Notes: a model not told the origin generated them from the sequence alone. A stretch of DNA of 64,000 nt from Nemertoderma westbladi (GCA_032718475.1 JAUCBJ010003020.1:1914-65913); one strand, 5' to 3'; shown: positions 1 to 12,175, counted from the stretch's first letter. Numbers and translations are program-made.

Positions 1-139
1 TTGGAACAGCGCAGCGATATGTGCCGCTGTATCGCCTGCTCGGACGCCTTCCATGGTTCCTGTCTGCACTTCACTGCCTCTAAACTCGTTACAGTGAGGC
101 AGTACAAGTGGGAGTGTTCTAGTTGTAAGATGTGTTCAG
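1..139 (+). CDS. KAT7: KAT7-like gene, exon cut by window start: first PHD finger of a double PHD (DPF) module
   Basis: Frame 1 reads LEQRSDMCRCIACSDAFHGSCLHFTASKLVTVRQYKWECSSCKMCS, the DPF PHD1/PHD2 junction pattern. Donor CAG|GTAAGC at 139/140 is phase 1 and matches the acceptor at 3559/3560. Confidence 0.85.
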
Positions 140-1380
140 GTAAGCAGACAGTACAAGTGGGAGTGTTCCAGTGGTAAGATGTGTTCAGGTAAGCAGAGTA
201 AAGTGGGAGTGTTCTAGTTGTAAGATGTGTTCAGGTAAGCAGACAGTACAAGTGGGAGTGTTCCAGTTGTAAGATGTGTTCGGGTAAGCAGACAGTACAA
301 GTGGGAGTGTTCCAGTGGTAAGATGTGTTCAGGTAAGCAGACAGTACAAGTGGGAGTGTTCTAGTTAAGCAGACAGTACAAGTGGGAGTGTTCTAGTTGT
401 AAGATGTGTTCGGGTAAGCAGACAGTACAAGTGGGAGTGTTCCAGTGGTAAGATGTGTTCAGGTAAGTAGACAGTACAAGTGGGAGTGTTCCAGTGGTAA
501 GATGTGTTCAGGTAAGCAGAGAGTAAAGTGAGAGTGTTCTAGTTTGTAAGATGTGTTCAGGTAAGCAGACAGTACAAGTGGGAGTGTTCCAATTGTAAGA
601 TGTGATCAGGTAAGCAGACAGTACAAGTGGATGTGTTCTAGTTGTAAGATGTGTTCAGGTAAGCAGAGAGTAAAGTGAGAGTGTTCTAGTTGTAAGATGT
701 GTTCAGGTAAGCAGACAGTACAAGTGGGAGTGTTCCAATTGTAAGATGTGATCAGGTAAGCAGACAGTACAAGTGGATGTGTTCTAGTTGTAAGATGTGT
801 TCAGGTAAGCAGAGAGTACAAGTGGGAGTGTTCCAGTGGTAAAATGTGTTCAGGTAAGCAGAGAGTAAAGTGAGAGTGTTCTAGTTGTAAGATGTGTTCA
901 GGTAAGCAGACAGTACAAGTGGGAGTGTTCTAGTTGTAAGATGTGTTCAGGTAAGCATACAGTACAAGTGGGAGTGTTCCAGTTGTAAGATGTGTTCAGG
1001 TAAGCAGACAGTACAAGTGGATGTGTTCTAGTTGTAAGATGTGTTCAGGTAAGCAGAGAGTAAAGTGGGAGTGTTCTAGTTGTAAGATGTGTTCAGGTAA
1101 GCAGGCAGTACAAGTGGGAGTGTTCTAGTTGTAAGATGTGTTCAGGTAAGCAGATAGTAAAGGTGGGAGTGTTCTAGTTGTAAGATGTGTTCAGGTAAGC
1201 AGACAGTACAAGTGGGAGTGTTCTAGTTGTAAGATGTGTTCAGGTAAGCAGACAGTACAATTGGGAGTGTTCCAGTTGTAAGTTGTGTTCAGGTAAGCAG
1301 ACAGTACAATTGGGAGTGTTCCAGTTGTAAGATGTGTTCAGGTAAGCAGAGAGTAAAGTGGGAGTGTTCCAGTTGTAAGT
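100..1380. repeat. 49-bp minisatellite (~26 copies) made of the last 40 nt of the exon plus the first 9 nt of the intron
   Basis: Unit CAGTACAAGTGGGAGTGTTCTAGTTGTAAGATGTGTTCAG|GTAAGCAGA; the first copy is the real exon end. Confidence 0.97.
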
Positions 1381-1779
1381 ACTTTCAGTTAAGGTTTTGG
1401 GCCGTCACACTGTAACCTGTATGGGTCACTTTTTGGTGGAAAAAAAATCGCGAGCACTGGTACTCAAACCGATTATTACCAATACCAATGCTATGTGTAT
1501 CTACAGGACAACAAACAGCCAATTTTGAGCCAGGTAGGATCGACCTAGGATAATGTATCGAGCCAGTACCCTCCCTTTAATACGGTCTATAGAAAAGAAA
1601 GTGATGTGGCCAAGGCAAAAGCCTTACCCGAGCTGGGGGATGACACTGTGATTACTGGAAACAACTACAAACATTGATGGTGAACTATCTCCCTTCAGGC
1701 ACAGAAATAGATTCTAACCCTACATCAGCCACTCTTACCACCTACCCTAGTGAGCAGCATGGTGGGCAGAGGAAACCCA

Positions 1780-3390
1780 ATACGGATTGTATCGAGTTAC
1801 AGAGTTGGTATGCGGATGATTCCGCCCGTATGGAATATCTCCACTCAGTAGCCAGGTGGTTCAGTGACCTTTGTTCCAAGGGTCCAAAAATAGGATATTT
1901 CCCAGAACCAGATAAGTGTTAGGGATGGATTACAGGACATTGCAAAACAATTATTTGTCCCACTGGGGTTAAAGGCAAATAATGTTGTGACTTGGTGGCG
2001 CGTTCTAGGTGGTTTCATAGGGGAAGAACAGGACAGGGAGCAGTTTCTGCATGATAAGATCAGTCAATGGTCAGATGGTGAAATCATATTCGTGTGTTGT
2101 GTTGGCCGAAGTGGTCAAAACATACCCCCAGGAGTCACTCACTGCAATGTCGAAGTCACTACAAGCAGAGCGGGACTAGGCCTATACGATGCGGGTATTG
2201 GATGTACCTTCAGAGAAGTACCAGCCACTGAAGAATGCTTTGGTAGAGCATTCTCTATCAGCATTGTTTGGAATAGCGATTCCACAATATGACTTTGCTT
2301 TGCTCCTTCAGCCAATTCGCCACGGAGGGATAGTTATACGTGTTCCAGTTCAGCGAGCTGCTGGGACATACCAGGCATCAAGAGAGGGAACTGCAATGGT
2401 GGTGGAAACGTTAACTCAGAGAACCCAACTGTGGAAGGCCACAAGTCTACTCTGAGGAAATCGATACAGGAGTCCAGAGAAAGGGAGGCAGTGCGGGCTA
2501 GAGAGATCCAACAAGACCAGAATTCCTAATGAGATGATACCTGACCGAGCGCGAACAGTGAAACGGCAGTTAGATTAAAATATCTGCTTCACCAGACAGA
2601 TATTTCTGCAAAAACATTCCGTGATGGGTTATGTCTACTTTATGGGTATACATACCCCTCCCCAGTTGCCGTCACGTTGTGATGGATGTGGTGCCAATTT
2701 CAACGTTGATCATGCCCTAAACTTTAAAAAGGGCGGTCTAGTATGTCACCGGCATGATGAGATGATGGATGTTGATGAGGAGCTTTGTGTGATGGCTTGG
2801 GGAGGGATCGCAATTTGCTGGTGCGGAGTGTGTGGGTACCGCAAAGGGATGCGTCGTTTGATGTGTGCGTTGTAAACGCTGATGCTCCCTCATACCGTAA
2901 CCGCACGACTGAAAGCATTCCCAGGAAGAGCGACTGAAGAAGCAGTAACATTAGCGAGCGGCTACGATTAACATTTACCCCCCCCCCCCCCCCCCCCCCA
3001 CCCATCTTGCTGTTAATGCTAACGGTGTCTGGGGCCGCGAAGGGGGCCACTTTATCCATCATCTGGCGTCACAACAGCTTCCAAGGAAGTGTGGAGCGAT
3101 AAACCCCCTGGAATCGTTCGTTCTTGGGCGGATCAGGGCTCGTTTGTCAATAGCGCTATTGCGGGCAGTTAGGTCTGTGCCTCAGGGGTGGGAGACGGTC
3201 GTGGCGGTTGCAGCCGGAGTTTGTGAGGTGGATTAGATTAGGAGCAATGCGGTACTAGGGGGAGCTTTATGTGTATTGTATATTGTTGGTTATATGTTTG
3301 TGGACTAAGTAACAGGGCGTACTTGGTGGTGGGATGGGGATAGTGTTTTGTGCTATAATAATCTATTATTGATTAAAATTGTGATTTTGT
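1780..3390 (+). mobile_element. Degenerate, 5'-truncated CRE-like non-LTR retrotransposon (RT, Zn knuckle, restriction-like endonuclease)
   Basis: Fragments WYADD...GPKIGYFPEPDKC (RT), CDGCGANFNVDHAL..KKGG..RHDE (knuckle) and LVRSVWVPQRDASFDVCVVNADAPSY (RLE), with many stops and frameshifts. Ends are approximate. Confidence 0.8.
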
Positions 3391-3559
3391 TCTATTTACA
3401 AGATAAACCTACTTTATTATTACTAATTAACTTTTTATTTAGATCCAACTATAATAGTAAATGTATCATTATATATATAAATACTATACTATATATATAT
3501 CTATACTGTATACTATATATATAAAAAACGAATCATTTTATTTATTTTATTCACTCCAG

Positions 3560-4242
3560 GTTGTCGTAAACCCGCGCACACGGATGCACGATCCGGCTCC
3601 GAACCGCATCCCGGCGTCGCCGTCTGCTCCGAATGCGACCGAGCCTACCACCACGGCTGCGCGCGCCCCCCGCTCTCCCCCTCCCACTCGAAGGTCGCCG
3701 CTACCTGGCTCTGTCGCAAGTGCGACGTGGAATGCGGCGCGTCGAGTCGCGAACGGGCCGACGGAGATCCTACGGGGTGGGAATCCCCGGGGGAGACGGA
3801 ATCCCGATCGACACGCGGAACCCCTACGAGACCGAAACGGGACGTGAGCGCCGCGGCCATAGCGACGGCCGATCGCGTCTGGGGACAGATCCCCGTGGTG
3901 AAACGGCGTCGCGAGTTGACGTGCCCCGTGGACGGCTGCGACTCGGAGGGCCATCTCTCCGGGAAGTTCGACCGTCACTACACGCAGTCCTGCTGCCCGT
4001 TGTACCACAATCTGTCTCCGTCGCAGTGTGTGGAGATGGGAGCGGGCCGGGACGGGTGCGAGATGGAGGGTTCCCGGGACCAGTGGGACCCCGACACTCT
4101 GGCTGCGACGCGAGCGCTACGGGAGACCCACGCGGACAAACACGGCAAGTCGAGGGAACCGCTACTCGAAGGACTCGCCTCTCAGTGGGACATCGGGATG
4201 TTCCGTTCCGCCCAGGCCATCCTCGCAGAGAAGGAACAACTC
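3560..4242 (+). CDS. KAT7: KAT7-like gene internal exon: PHD2, zf-C2HC and pre-MYST segment
   Basis: Acceptor ttcactccAG|GT. Reads (G)CRKP...AVCSECDRAYHHGCARPPL...WLCRKC, then CPVDGCDSEGHLSGKFDRHYTQSCCPLYHNLS and REPLLEGLASQWDIGMFRSAQA (KAT7-type). Donor CTC|GTTAGT is phase 0. Confidence 0.92.
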
Positions 4243-4369
4243 GTTAGTAAAACTTAATTTAATTTATTATCTTAGCGTTAATTAAATCCAATCGAGTTAT
4301 ACAAATCCAAGGTTTTGTGTGACAAGCCGCGAAAGTAAGCGAGCTTAGCATACCGGTACCACTAATAAT

Positions 4370-5167
4370 CAGGCCTCCCAGAGTTTCCTTTTTTTTTTAT
4401 AAAGTTTCCTTTTTTTCCTCTTCTTTTATAACATTTCCTTTTTTTGTTATCCATTTTCGCATATTTTTTACCTTTTTTGGTTTATAATAACAACTTCAGC
4501 TTGCTGTTGATATTGACAAGGTTACTACCATAAAAATGTAGTCGCGGAAGGAAGTTTAATATATTTATGTTCTGAGTGGGGATATGTTATAGTTGACACA
4601 AAACCCGCTTTGGTGAATCAACAATGTTGATTTTCAATTTAGGGAAAGGAACAGGTTGCAGTGGCAGTCTATTCTAACCAAAGCAATGAAAGAAAGTCTA
4701 TTACACGGTTATAGTTTCATTTTTGCTCGTAATCAGCTGTTATTTGCATCCGTTTTCCCTGGAGATGGTTGTATTTTGATCGCGTCTTAAAGCATTTTTG
4801 TTATTTATATAAATGTAGCCACGACCGGAAATCCGTACCAAAGTTTTTATGTCACTTTCGTCCATTTTTTGTGTCACTCAACCATTTCTTATAACTAGGC
4901 AAAAAAGGTGAAAATTTCGTAATAGTTTGTAAACTGTTTTAATTTCACTGATACTGTATGTTCTCTTCTTTTTTCATTGATAGGTTGATTTATAATAATC
5001 TTTTTATTTACATTTATTTACTTTTTATTTATTTTTATTTATAACTTATTATTTATAATAATTTTTCCCTTTTTTTGAACCGTATCCTATCCTTTTTTTC
5101 CTTTTTTTTTGAAAATATAAATTCCTTTTTTCCCTTTTTTCCTCGATTTTTTTGGCTGGGAGGCCTG
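4370..5167. mobile_element. MITE with 12-bp perfect TIRs, inserted in an (AAT)n tail
   Basis: CAGGCCTCCCAG at 4370 and CTGGGAGGCCTG ending 5167, with AATAAT on both sides. Confidence 0.75.
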
Positions 5168-5414
5168 AATAATAATAATAATAAATCATGCACTACTTTA
5201 CCGAGCTTAATCCCCCCATGTATCGGTTCTAAAGCGCTGTGAAATTCCAAAGATTGTGTCAGATAGTTTAGTTTAGATTTGAAAAGCCATATTAAAGAGT
5301 TCGGTTTTTAGAACGCTGCGGAAAGTTGTCAGATAAGTATCGGTTCGAGTTTGAAAATTGAGACTGTTGGAGCGGCGTAAGAGAATGATTGTGCGCCGAA
5401 TGTTTTAAGTTGAT
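5168..5414 (-). mobile_element. 3' end of an L2/CR1-group LINE
   Basis: Minus strand encodes LKTFGAQSFSYAAPTV...FRSVLKTELFNMAF, a typical ORF2 C-terminus, followed by an (ATT)n tail. Confidence 0.7.
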
Positions 5415-6990
5415 CTAACTCACTCAATCGGTGTGTCTGTCGTTCTGTAGGTCCGTGTTTTTAATCGTTAATAACTCGATCATTCATTGATGAAATCTAA
5501 CCAATCTTGGTACACACGTTGTCTGGCAAAAGTTTAGAACTTTTCCAAGTTGAATTTGCGTTTGGCCATCGAGAAGGTAAGATAAAAGCAGTTAATTAGT
5601 TAATTAAGTTGATTGCGGTAAAAAACAACATTTTCAACCTGTCATTTAATGGATATTAATTATTTTATTGTATAAGATTTAAATAATTATACTCATTAGT
5701 ATCACTGCTATCGGCCTAAGGTTTATATGCCTTTCATCAATCCCCTTGGCGCCTTTGGGTTGGGGTGGTGCAGATTAAGACGTGGGTTGAAGGGAAGGAA
5801 CTTCCCATCTTCTTTGATTTATTGGTGGTTGGGTTAAATTTCTTAAATACTGATTTTGTGATTAAATTGCTCAATTTTAGTTTGAATCTCATAACTGAGC
5901 CTCGTGCTGCGCGAAAGCCCCACGAACGTGTCAAATTTTCCACCTGCATTTTAATGTGACGTAATTTTAAGTAGGGCTAGTATTTCCAGTAAAGTAGATA
6001 GTGAAACATACCAATTTAACGTAATGTTTTTATTACGACATTTAAATATTTTGACCAACATTTTAAACGAAAATAACACATTTTTATTTAATTTAAACTT
6101 AATTTAAATTTATTTTAATTTAAAGACAGGGGGTGGGAAACTGGAAACTCCTACTAACTTCGTATTGCTTTTTATTCGGATTTATCATTTTAACGATATC
6201 AAAAGCAATTCAATATTTTTGCCCATTTAACATTATTAACCACATTCACGGTAATGTGGTTAACTACTAACAGTTAGTAGTTAACTAGTTTCAGATTGCC
6301 GACACAATATACATACACTACCAACTGGCATTAAAAAGCTGGTAAAAAGTTTGTAATCTTTAACTAATAGAAATACAAAAGAAATCAAATTTAACCAAAC
6401 CCTTTCCTCGGGTTATTCCCCCATTGAGTTGTGTGCGTGCGACGTGGTGCGCATCTGGTGTTGGCAATCAATCATTCAGTGTTCTGATTAAATAATGCAG
6501 GATGTCAGTAATAATCACGACCCTAATCAGTCACAGTCATTCGTGACAATATTACAATTGGTATTGCGGTAAACATATAATTTGAATACTTTATGGTGTT
6601 TATATATAATTAATTCATGTTTCGGGTGCCCTACAGACAAATTATACTGCGGAAAGGAACAACTCCGCGCGAGTGTCCTGGTATAAAATACGCTCCAATT
6701 GGTTCTGTTATACCCAAGGCGTCCTTTAATAATTCTATACTATTCAATTCCTCTTATTAAAAGTCGCATTGATTCTACCGGTAAATGAAAATCCATATCC
6801 TGTTTCCCGCTGCCTTTTATCTGATTATATCGAAGTGCAATCTGGTTCATTATGACTCGCCACTAATGCACAGAGAATGGCATAAACGACTGGGGAACAT
6901 TTTAATTTGAGAAGTGCAGGTAGCCAACACAGTTCAGAGAAGTGCAAGTATAGCCAACACAATACAGAGAAGTACAAGTATAGCCAACAC

Positions 6991-8675
6991 TAGGGATGTC
7001 CCGGAATTCCGGCTGTTTTTGCTCTGGAATTGCCGGAATGGGGTCAATTCCGGCCGGAATTTTACCGGAATTACCAGGTTCCTAACTAGTTTGATAGTTG
7101 CAATTAGTTTGTTAAATTATTATCAACATTTATATATTTTTTAAACATTATTACCAATTATATCGTTTAAGATACTTTTCAACACTTGTAAAAAAGTATA
7201 GTACAAAAAGTATAGTTTTCTTCGACCGTTAGAGCTCTAACATTTAAAGATGAAAGGCATAGATGCCCCCTGGTTAGCCCCTTCAAACCATTCGTGCCGA
7301 ATCGAAAACTGCCTTGGACCACATGCGGGGATCGAACCCACGACCTCCAGAGAGATGGGAATTCAATGCAACCACTACACCAAGGTGGAACCTAACTAAC
7401 CTATCTAACGAGGGAAAATTCACAGCCACCCCGTTTTTTACAGTGAATGCAGTCTTGATGGGTATGTAACACATTTCCAAAAACAATTCACCTGGTATTC
7501 AAACTAAAATGGTCCCACCATGTGTTACACCACTTACTGTAGTATTCATATACAATTCATAACCGGTTTAATTTACATTAACTAATTAAACCCTTTGTCG
7601 TTCTGAAGATATTTTATGAAATGCATCATTAGGCCCGGGTGCTCCACTGGTAAGTCGTAAGTCGCTTTTAGTCAGAATGTCAAAATGAATGGCTCCTGGC
7701 TCCATTGGCAACACAAGTCATAAGTCAACTGATAAAAAATATAAGATGCGTGTCTCACATTTACTGCATATTTATACCCAAAGTAACCCATCACAGGCAT
7801 ATTGGCGGATATAACACATGATTCATTGTCAAAAGATGGAACATGTCTGACTAAGACTACAGAAGACTTAGTAGTGGAGCACGGGCCGTCACGAGTGGTT
7901 TTTCTCAATTTGCTTATAAAATGACGTTTTTTAGATTGATTTTACATTACTTTACATTGATTTTTTTTACATTATTTTACATTGAATTTATAGTATTTTA
8001 CTTTGAATTATTAATAAATTATTATAATATTATGATTGGTATAGTCCAACGTAGCATATAGGATTACCCCTAAAGATTTGCAGCTTATTTCCATGGGGGT
8101 CCTTTAGGTTACTTAGTTACAAACAGTATTACACAATTACAATTATTACTCTAACCTAAATCTAATATAAAACGTTATTACAATACATACATGCATGTCA
8201 CTGTAACATGCTCCTTTCCCTTAAAGACACCAGAATATTGCACCAAAGGACCTAATGACGCGAAACCATAGATTTTTGTTTAACGTAGGTTTTAGGTATG
8301 AGTCTAAAGGCTAAAAACCTAACTTTTGGCCAAAGTTATAGATTTTAGAAAAAACTTATATTGAATTCCCTGTCGTTTAAGGCCGAAGTACCATCCCGTC
8401 CCCATAATAGGCCATACCGGGCCAGGCCATTCTCCACTCCACCCACCTTAATTCCCCCAAGGTTCTGATTCATCTCATTAGCAAACTTAGTTGTAGAAAT
8501 TAAAAAAATCCATTTGGTTCACAAAAAATTATAAAGTTTCATGGGTCATTTAGTGTATTTCATTAATTATAGAAAATTCCGGTTCCGGCCGGAATTCCGG
8601 CCGGAATATTCCGGCACGTTGAATTCCGGTTCCGGTTCCGGCCGGAATCAAAATATCGATTCCGGGACATCCCTA
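6991..8675. mobile_element. Non-autonomous hAT DNA transposon
   Basis: 17-bp perfect TIR TAGGGATGTCCCGGAAT / ATTCCGGGACATCCCTA, exact 8-bp TSD GCCAACAC (6983-6990, 8676-8683), and subterminal CCGGAAT repeats. No transposase ORF. Confidence 0.92.
7260..7392 (-). mobile_element. tRNA-derived SINE head or tRNA pseudogene inside the hAT element
   Basis: Minus strand has A box TGGTGTAGTGG, B box GGTTCGATCCC and an intact T arm; the anticodon arm is degenerate and the acceptor stem mismatched. Confidence 0.65.
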
Positions 8676-9311
8676 GCCAACACAGTACAGAGAAGTACAA
8701 GTGCTGCCAACACAGTTCAGAGAAGTACAAGTATAGCCAACACAATACGGAGAAGTGCAAGTATAGCCAATATAGAACAGAAGTACAAGTGCAGCCAACA
8801 CAGTTCAGAGAAGTGCAAGTATAGCCAACACAATACAGATAAATACAAGTGCAGCCAACACAGTACAGATAAGTGCAAGTAAAGCCAACGCAGTACAGAG
8901 AAGTACAAGTATAGCCAACACAGTACAGAGAAGTACAAGTATAGCCAACACAGTACAGAGAAGTACAAGTGCTGCCAACACAGTTCAGAGAAGTACAAGT
9001 ATAGCCAACACAATACAGAGAAGTGCAAGTATAGCCAACATAGAACAGAAGTACAAGTGCAGCCAACACAGTTCAGAGAAGTGCAAGTATAGCCAACACA
9101 ATACAGATAAATACAAGTGCAGCCAACACAGTACAGATAAGTGCAAGTAAAGCCAACGCAGTACAGAGAAGTACAAGTATAGCCAACACAGTACAGAGAA
9201 GTACAAGTGCCGCCAACACAGTTCAGAGAAGTACAAGTATAGCCAACACAGGACAGAGAATTACAAGTGCAGCCAACACAGTTCAGGGAAGTGCAAGTAT
9301 AGCCAACACAG

Positions 9312-10032
9312 TACTACTACTACTACTACTAGGATCGGCATGCTGCATTGTAGCTGCATTTTTAGGAATGCTGTACCGGCTTATCGACAAAATTGCACCG
9401 CCACAACTCCCTATCACCCATGGCATTTGCTAGATCATCCGCATCTTCAAGGCCAGTGTCCTTTAAGATGCGTCTCAAGAAAGTCATGGGCTGTCCACCA
9501 TGCTTATTCACTCCATGAGGCTGCCAAAGTACAAGATTATGCACTGGCTGGTCCTCACGGCGAAAGCAATGTCCTGCAAAGCGGAGGCGATTTTGTTCTA
9601 GTGTCAAGCTTGGGGGAACCAATGAGACACCTCCAATGTTATACAGTGTCTGGTTGGAGATGTGTGCATCGTACTTGACACAATGAACCCGGCGTAGCAT
9701 TCTTGTGAATGTGCCATCCAGAGATTTGGTGTCCTCAGCAGTTAGAGCCCAGCATGGACTCCCATAGAGGAATACTGGAACTACTGCTGCTCTAAATAAT
9801 CGGACCTTAAAGTTTCCGATTAATTCTCGGTGACTTCCAAATCCTGGAAAGCCTATTCAAGGCTGCCCATTCCTTTCCCTTACGTATTCGAAGGTCCTCA
9901 CCTGACTTCCGGATCCATGATCCCAGGTAACAGAAGTCGTCCACATGCTCAAGCATACCATCTTTTGAGCTTATGCTCATCCGATCAGAGACTTGCTGAG
10001 GACTTTCAAAGTTAACTGTCAAAATTTTGGTC
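9312..10032 (-). mobile_element. 5'-truncated RTE-clade LINE with intact 3' end
   Basis: RT C-terminal ORF pieces (FCYLGSW...LRIRKGK; MLRRV...HISNQTLY...RLRFAGHCFRR), (TAG)n tail at 9312-9332, flanking duplication CAACACAGTA. Near-identical to the 33.8-34.4 kb copy. Confidence 0.9.
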
Positions 10033-10423
10033 AACACAGTACAGAGAAGTACAAGTATAGCCAACACAGTATAAAACTCAACGATTCTGCAACTATAGAG
10101 ACAAGTAAACAAATTAACTGAGAGGGAAGATGTTCATTCTTCGATTTTTATATTCATATACAATAATTGTCATTTCCGTGGTAAAAATAATTGAACACAA
10201 AAAATATTCAGATATAATTATTATTAAGACATAATGCGCCTTCGCATCCTGAGTTCCCTGGAATACGTACTATGTATTTGTTAATCTTGAATCTTGTTTC
10301 AAAACAAAGTATAATTACCCTCCCTAATTAGTGTGCGTAAACTACCCGGTTGAAACCTCATCGCAAAATATAAAATAAATGAGTCATCTGATGTTTATAA
10401 TGACGTTGATATTATTATACTGT

Positions 10424-11620
10424 TTATTTGGATATTTTAATAACTTTGGCCGGTTTCGTTTCATTCAGAGATGATGATTCCCGTTTTAGTATCTGAGATT
10501 CGTAGTTTTTGTTTCGATATTCCGGGAAGGTTGACATCGTTTCCGGATCCACTGGAAGCGGCTGTTCCTTAAAGTATGAGCTGAGGAGACATTCCTCGGC
10601 CTGTGCGCGCTTACGGGGGTCGTACATGAGCAGGAAGTTAAGGAGGCGAAGTCCCGACTCGCTGAGCCATGGGAGCAGCGCCTTAACGTTGTTGTAGGGC
10701 TGTTTCTTCAAAGCGAACTTCTTGGGAATCGCGAGTCTTGAGAATCCCGGCCATAGCTTCTCTGTGGGCGTTCCCAGGAGATCAATGATAAGATCGAGTT
10801 GGTTCAACTCGGTTTTCCCAGGGAGCAGCGGTTTGTGGGAGAGAAGTTCCCCCAGAATGCAACCCGCGCTCCACATGTCTATCCTATTGGTGTAGCTAGT
10901 GGCCCCCAGGAGCAGCTCGGGTGCGCGGTACCACAGCGTCTGTACGCGGGGGGTTAGCGCCCCCAACGGTGGGTGCCCGAACTGCCGACTCAGACCGAAG
11001 TCTCCCAGCTTCAGTACTCCTAGGTCTGTTAGCAGCAGGTTGGACACCTTTAGGTCGCGATGTATTATAAAATTTCCGTGTATGTATTCCAAACCCCGAA
11101 ACATTTGTACTGCGATGCATTTAACTTGACCTTCGGAGAATCTGCTAGGCATGTTATCCAACAGACTACCCAAGTCCTGCGAACAGTAATCCATTCTAAG
11201 GAATATGGCGTCGAGTTTCTTTCCGACCACAACTTCCGTCATATTTACGATGTTTTTATGTTTCAAATTGAGTAGTAAATTGATTTCCCGCAGTGCACTC
11301 AACGGGATACCTTCCTTCTCATTGTCCATTCTGACTTTCTTTAGAGCGACTATCTCCTTGGATACGGAGTCTCGCGCGCGGTAGACTATCCCGTAGGTTC
11401 CCTCCCCGACTCGGTTTAGTTTCTCGAACTCGGCGACACTCCGACTAGTTCCGAACCGCAGCTCGGCTCCGACTCCTCGAACTCTTCCCGTCTCGATACT
11501 CGAGTACAGATGGTGTAAATCATCGTCTTCATCATCCGAAACTTCGGGTTTAATTCCTTTAACGAATTCCACCGTTCGAGATGCAGCGTCTTCTTTACTG
11601 AGCAGTTCAACATCTTCCAT
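10424..11620 (-). CDS. CDK10: Cyclin-dependent kinase 10, intronless, nested antisense in the KAT7 intron
   Basis: 398-aa intact ORF: [33 protein letters not shown] (PISSLRE-like), [55 protein letters not shown]. Confidence 0.95.
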   Translation of the reverse strand: MEDVELLSKEDAASRTVEFVKGIKPEVSDDEDDDLHHLYSSIETGRVRGVGAELRFGTSRSVAEFEKLNRVGEGTYGIVYRARDSVSKEIVALKKVRMDNEKEGIPLSALREINLLLNLKHKNIVNMTEVVVGKKLDAIFLRMDYCSQDLGSLLDNMPSRFSEGQVKCIAVQMFRGLEYIHGNFIIHRDLKVSNLLLTDLGVLKLGDFGLSRQFGHPPLGALTPRVQTLWYRAPELLLGATSYTNRIDMWSAGCILGELLSHKPLLPGKTELNQLDLIIDLLGTPTEKLWPGFSRLAIPKKFALKKQPYNNVKALLPWLSESGLRLLNFLLMYDPRKRAQAEECLLSSYFKEQPLPVDPETMSTFPEYRNKNYESQILKRESSSLNETKPAKVIKISK

Positions 11621-11749
11621 AATTTATTACCCGGTAATATTATTACAGTATTAGATAGGCCTAGGCCTATTTAAATCGCACTGTCAGATTATTAACTATG
11701 ATGATTTGTTTCTCGCGCGACGGTTCGCATTCAGATATAGGCCTATACG

Positions 11750-12004
11750 TTATTGAACTCTCCTACTCGCGTGGTCTTTCGGCTGATCGGGAAGTTTCAC
11801 CAAGTTCGTGTCGATCTTACAGTCCTTGTCTCCGAGTTTAGTTTTGGGTTGCAGGAAGTAGCTGTGGATGTGTTCGCGTCTCCAGACTTGAACTTTGGCT
11901 TCTCGTTGGTTTCGCAGATACCGGGAGTACGCTAAGACGGAAATCGTCGGCACCGTGACGACAAACAATACCGCCGTTACTTTCTTACTAGCGGTAAAAG
12001 CCAT
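11750..12004 (-). CDS. Probable 84-aa small single-pass membrane protein
   Basis: ATG after AT-rich leader; hydrophobic stretch VTAVLFVVTVPTISVLAY then basic residues; CpG-rich composition like the neighbouring exons. No family recognised with confidence. Confidence 0.55.
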   Translation of the reverse strand: MAFTASKKVTAVLFVVTVPTISVLAYSRYLRNQREAKVQVWRREHIHSYFLQPKTKLGDKDCKIDTNLVKLPDQPKDHASRRVQ

Positions 12005-12175
12005 GAATATTTAACAACAATCCTAAAACACAGATCAAGATTCAATATTCAGATATTGCAGTATTGTTTTACACAGACAGCAGACAGACACACCAGCACA
12101 CCTCACCTCAACGATATTCTGATATTACGGTAACACTAGGCTGCTAGGCTCTGAGGCTAGGCCTATCTTCCTATG

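Larger units (their letters stand above)
4313..5545 (-). mobile_element. End of a non-autonomous Helentron/DINE-like element, split by nested insertions
   Basis: 4313-4365 and 5417-5545 are reverse complements of contiguous sequence at ~50860-51018. The family label is inferred from CCAAGATTGGTT and ACAGACAC motifs. Confidence 0.55.
6909..10071. repeat. 30-bp minisatellite in three pieces (6909-6990, 8676-9313, 10032-10071) split by a hAT element and an RTE LINE
   Basis: Unit AGCCAACACAGTACAGAGAAGTACAAGTAT; an internal ~269-bp higher-order duplication is visible. Confidence 0.95.

Noticed and set aside
7310-7392. Functional tRNA gene
   Set aside because: No proper anticodon stem, mismatched acceptor stem, and it lies inside a transposon; treated as a SINE head or pseudogene.
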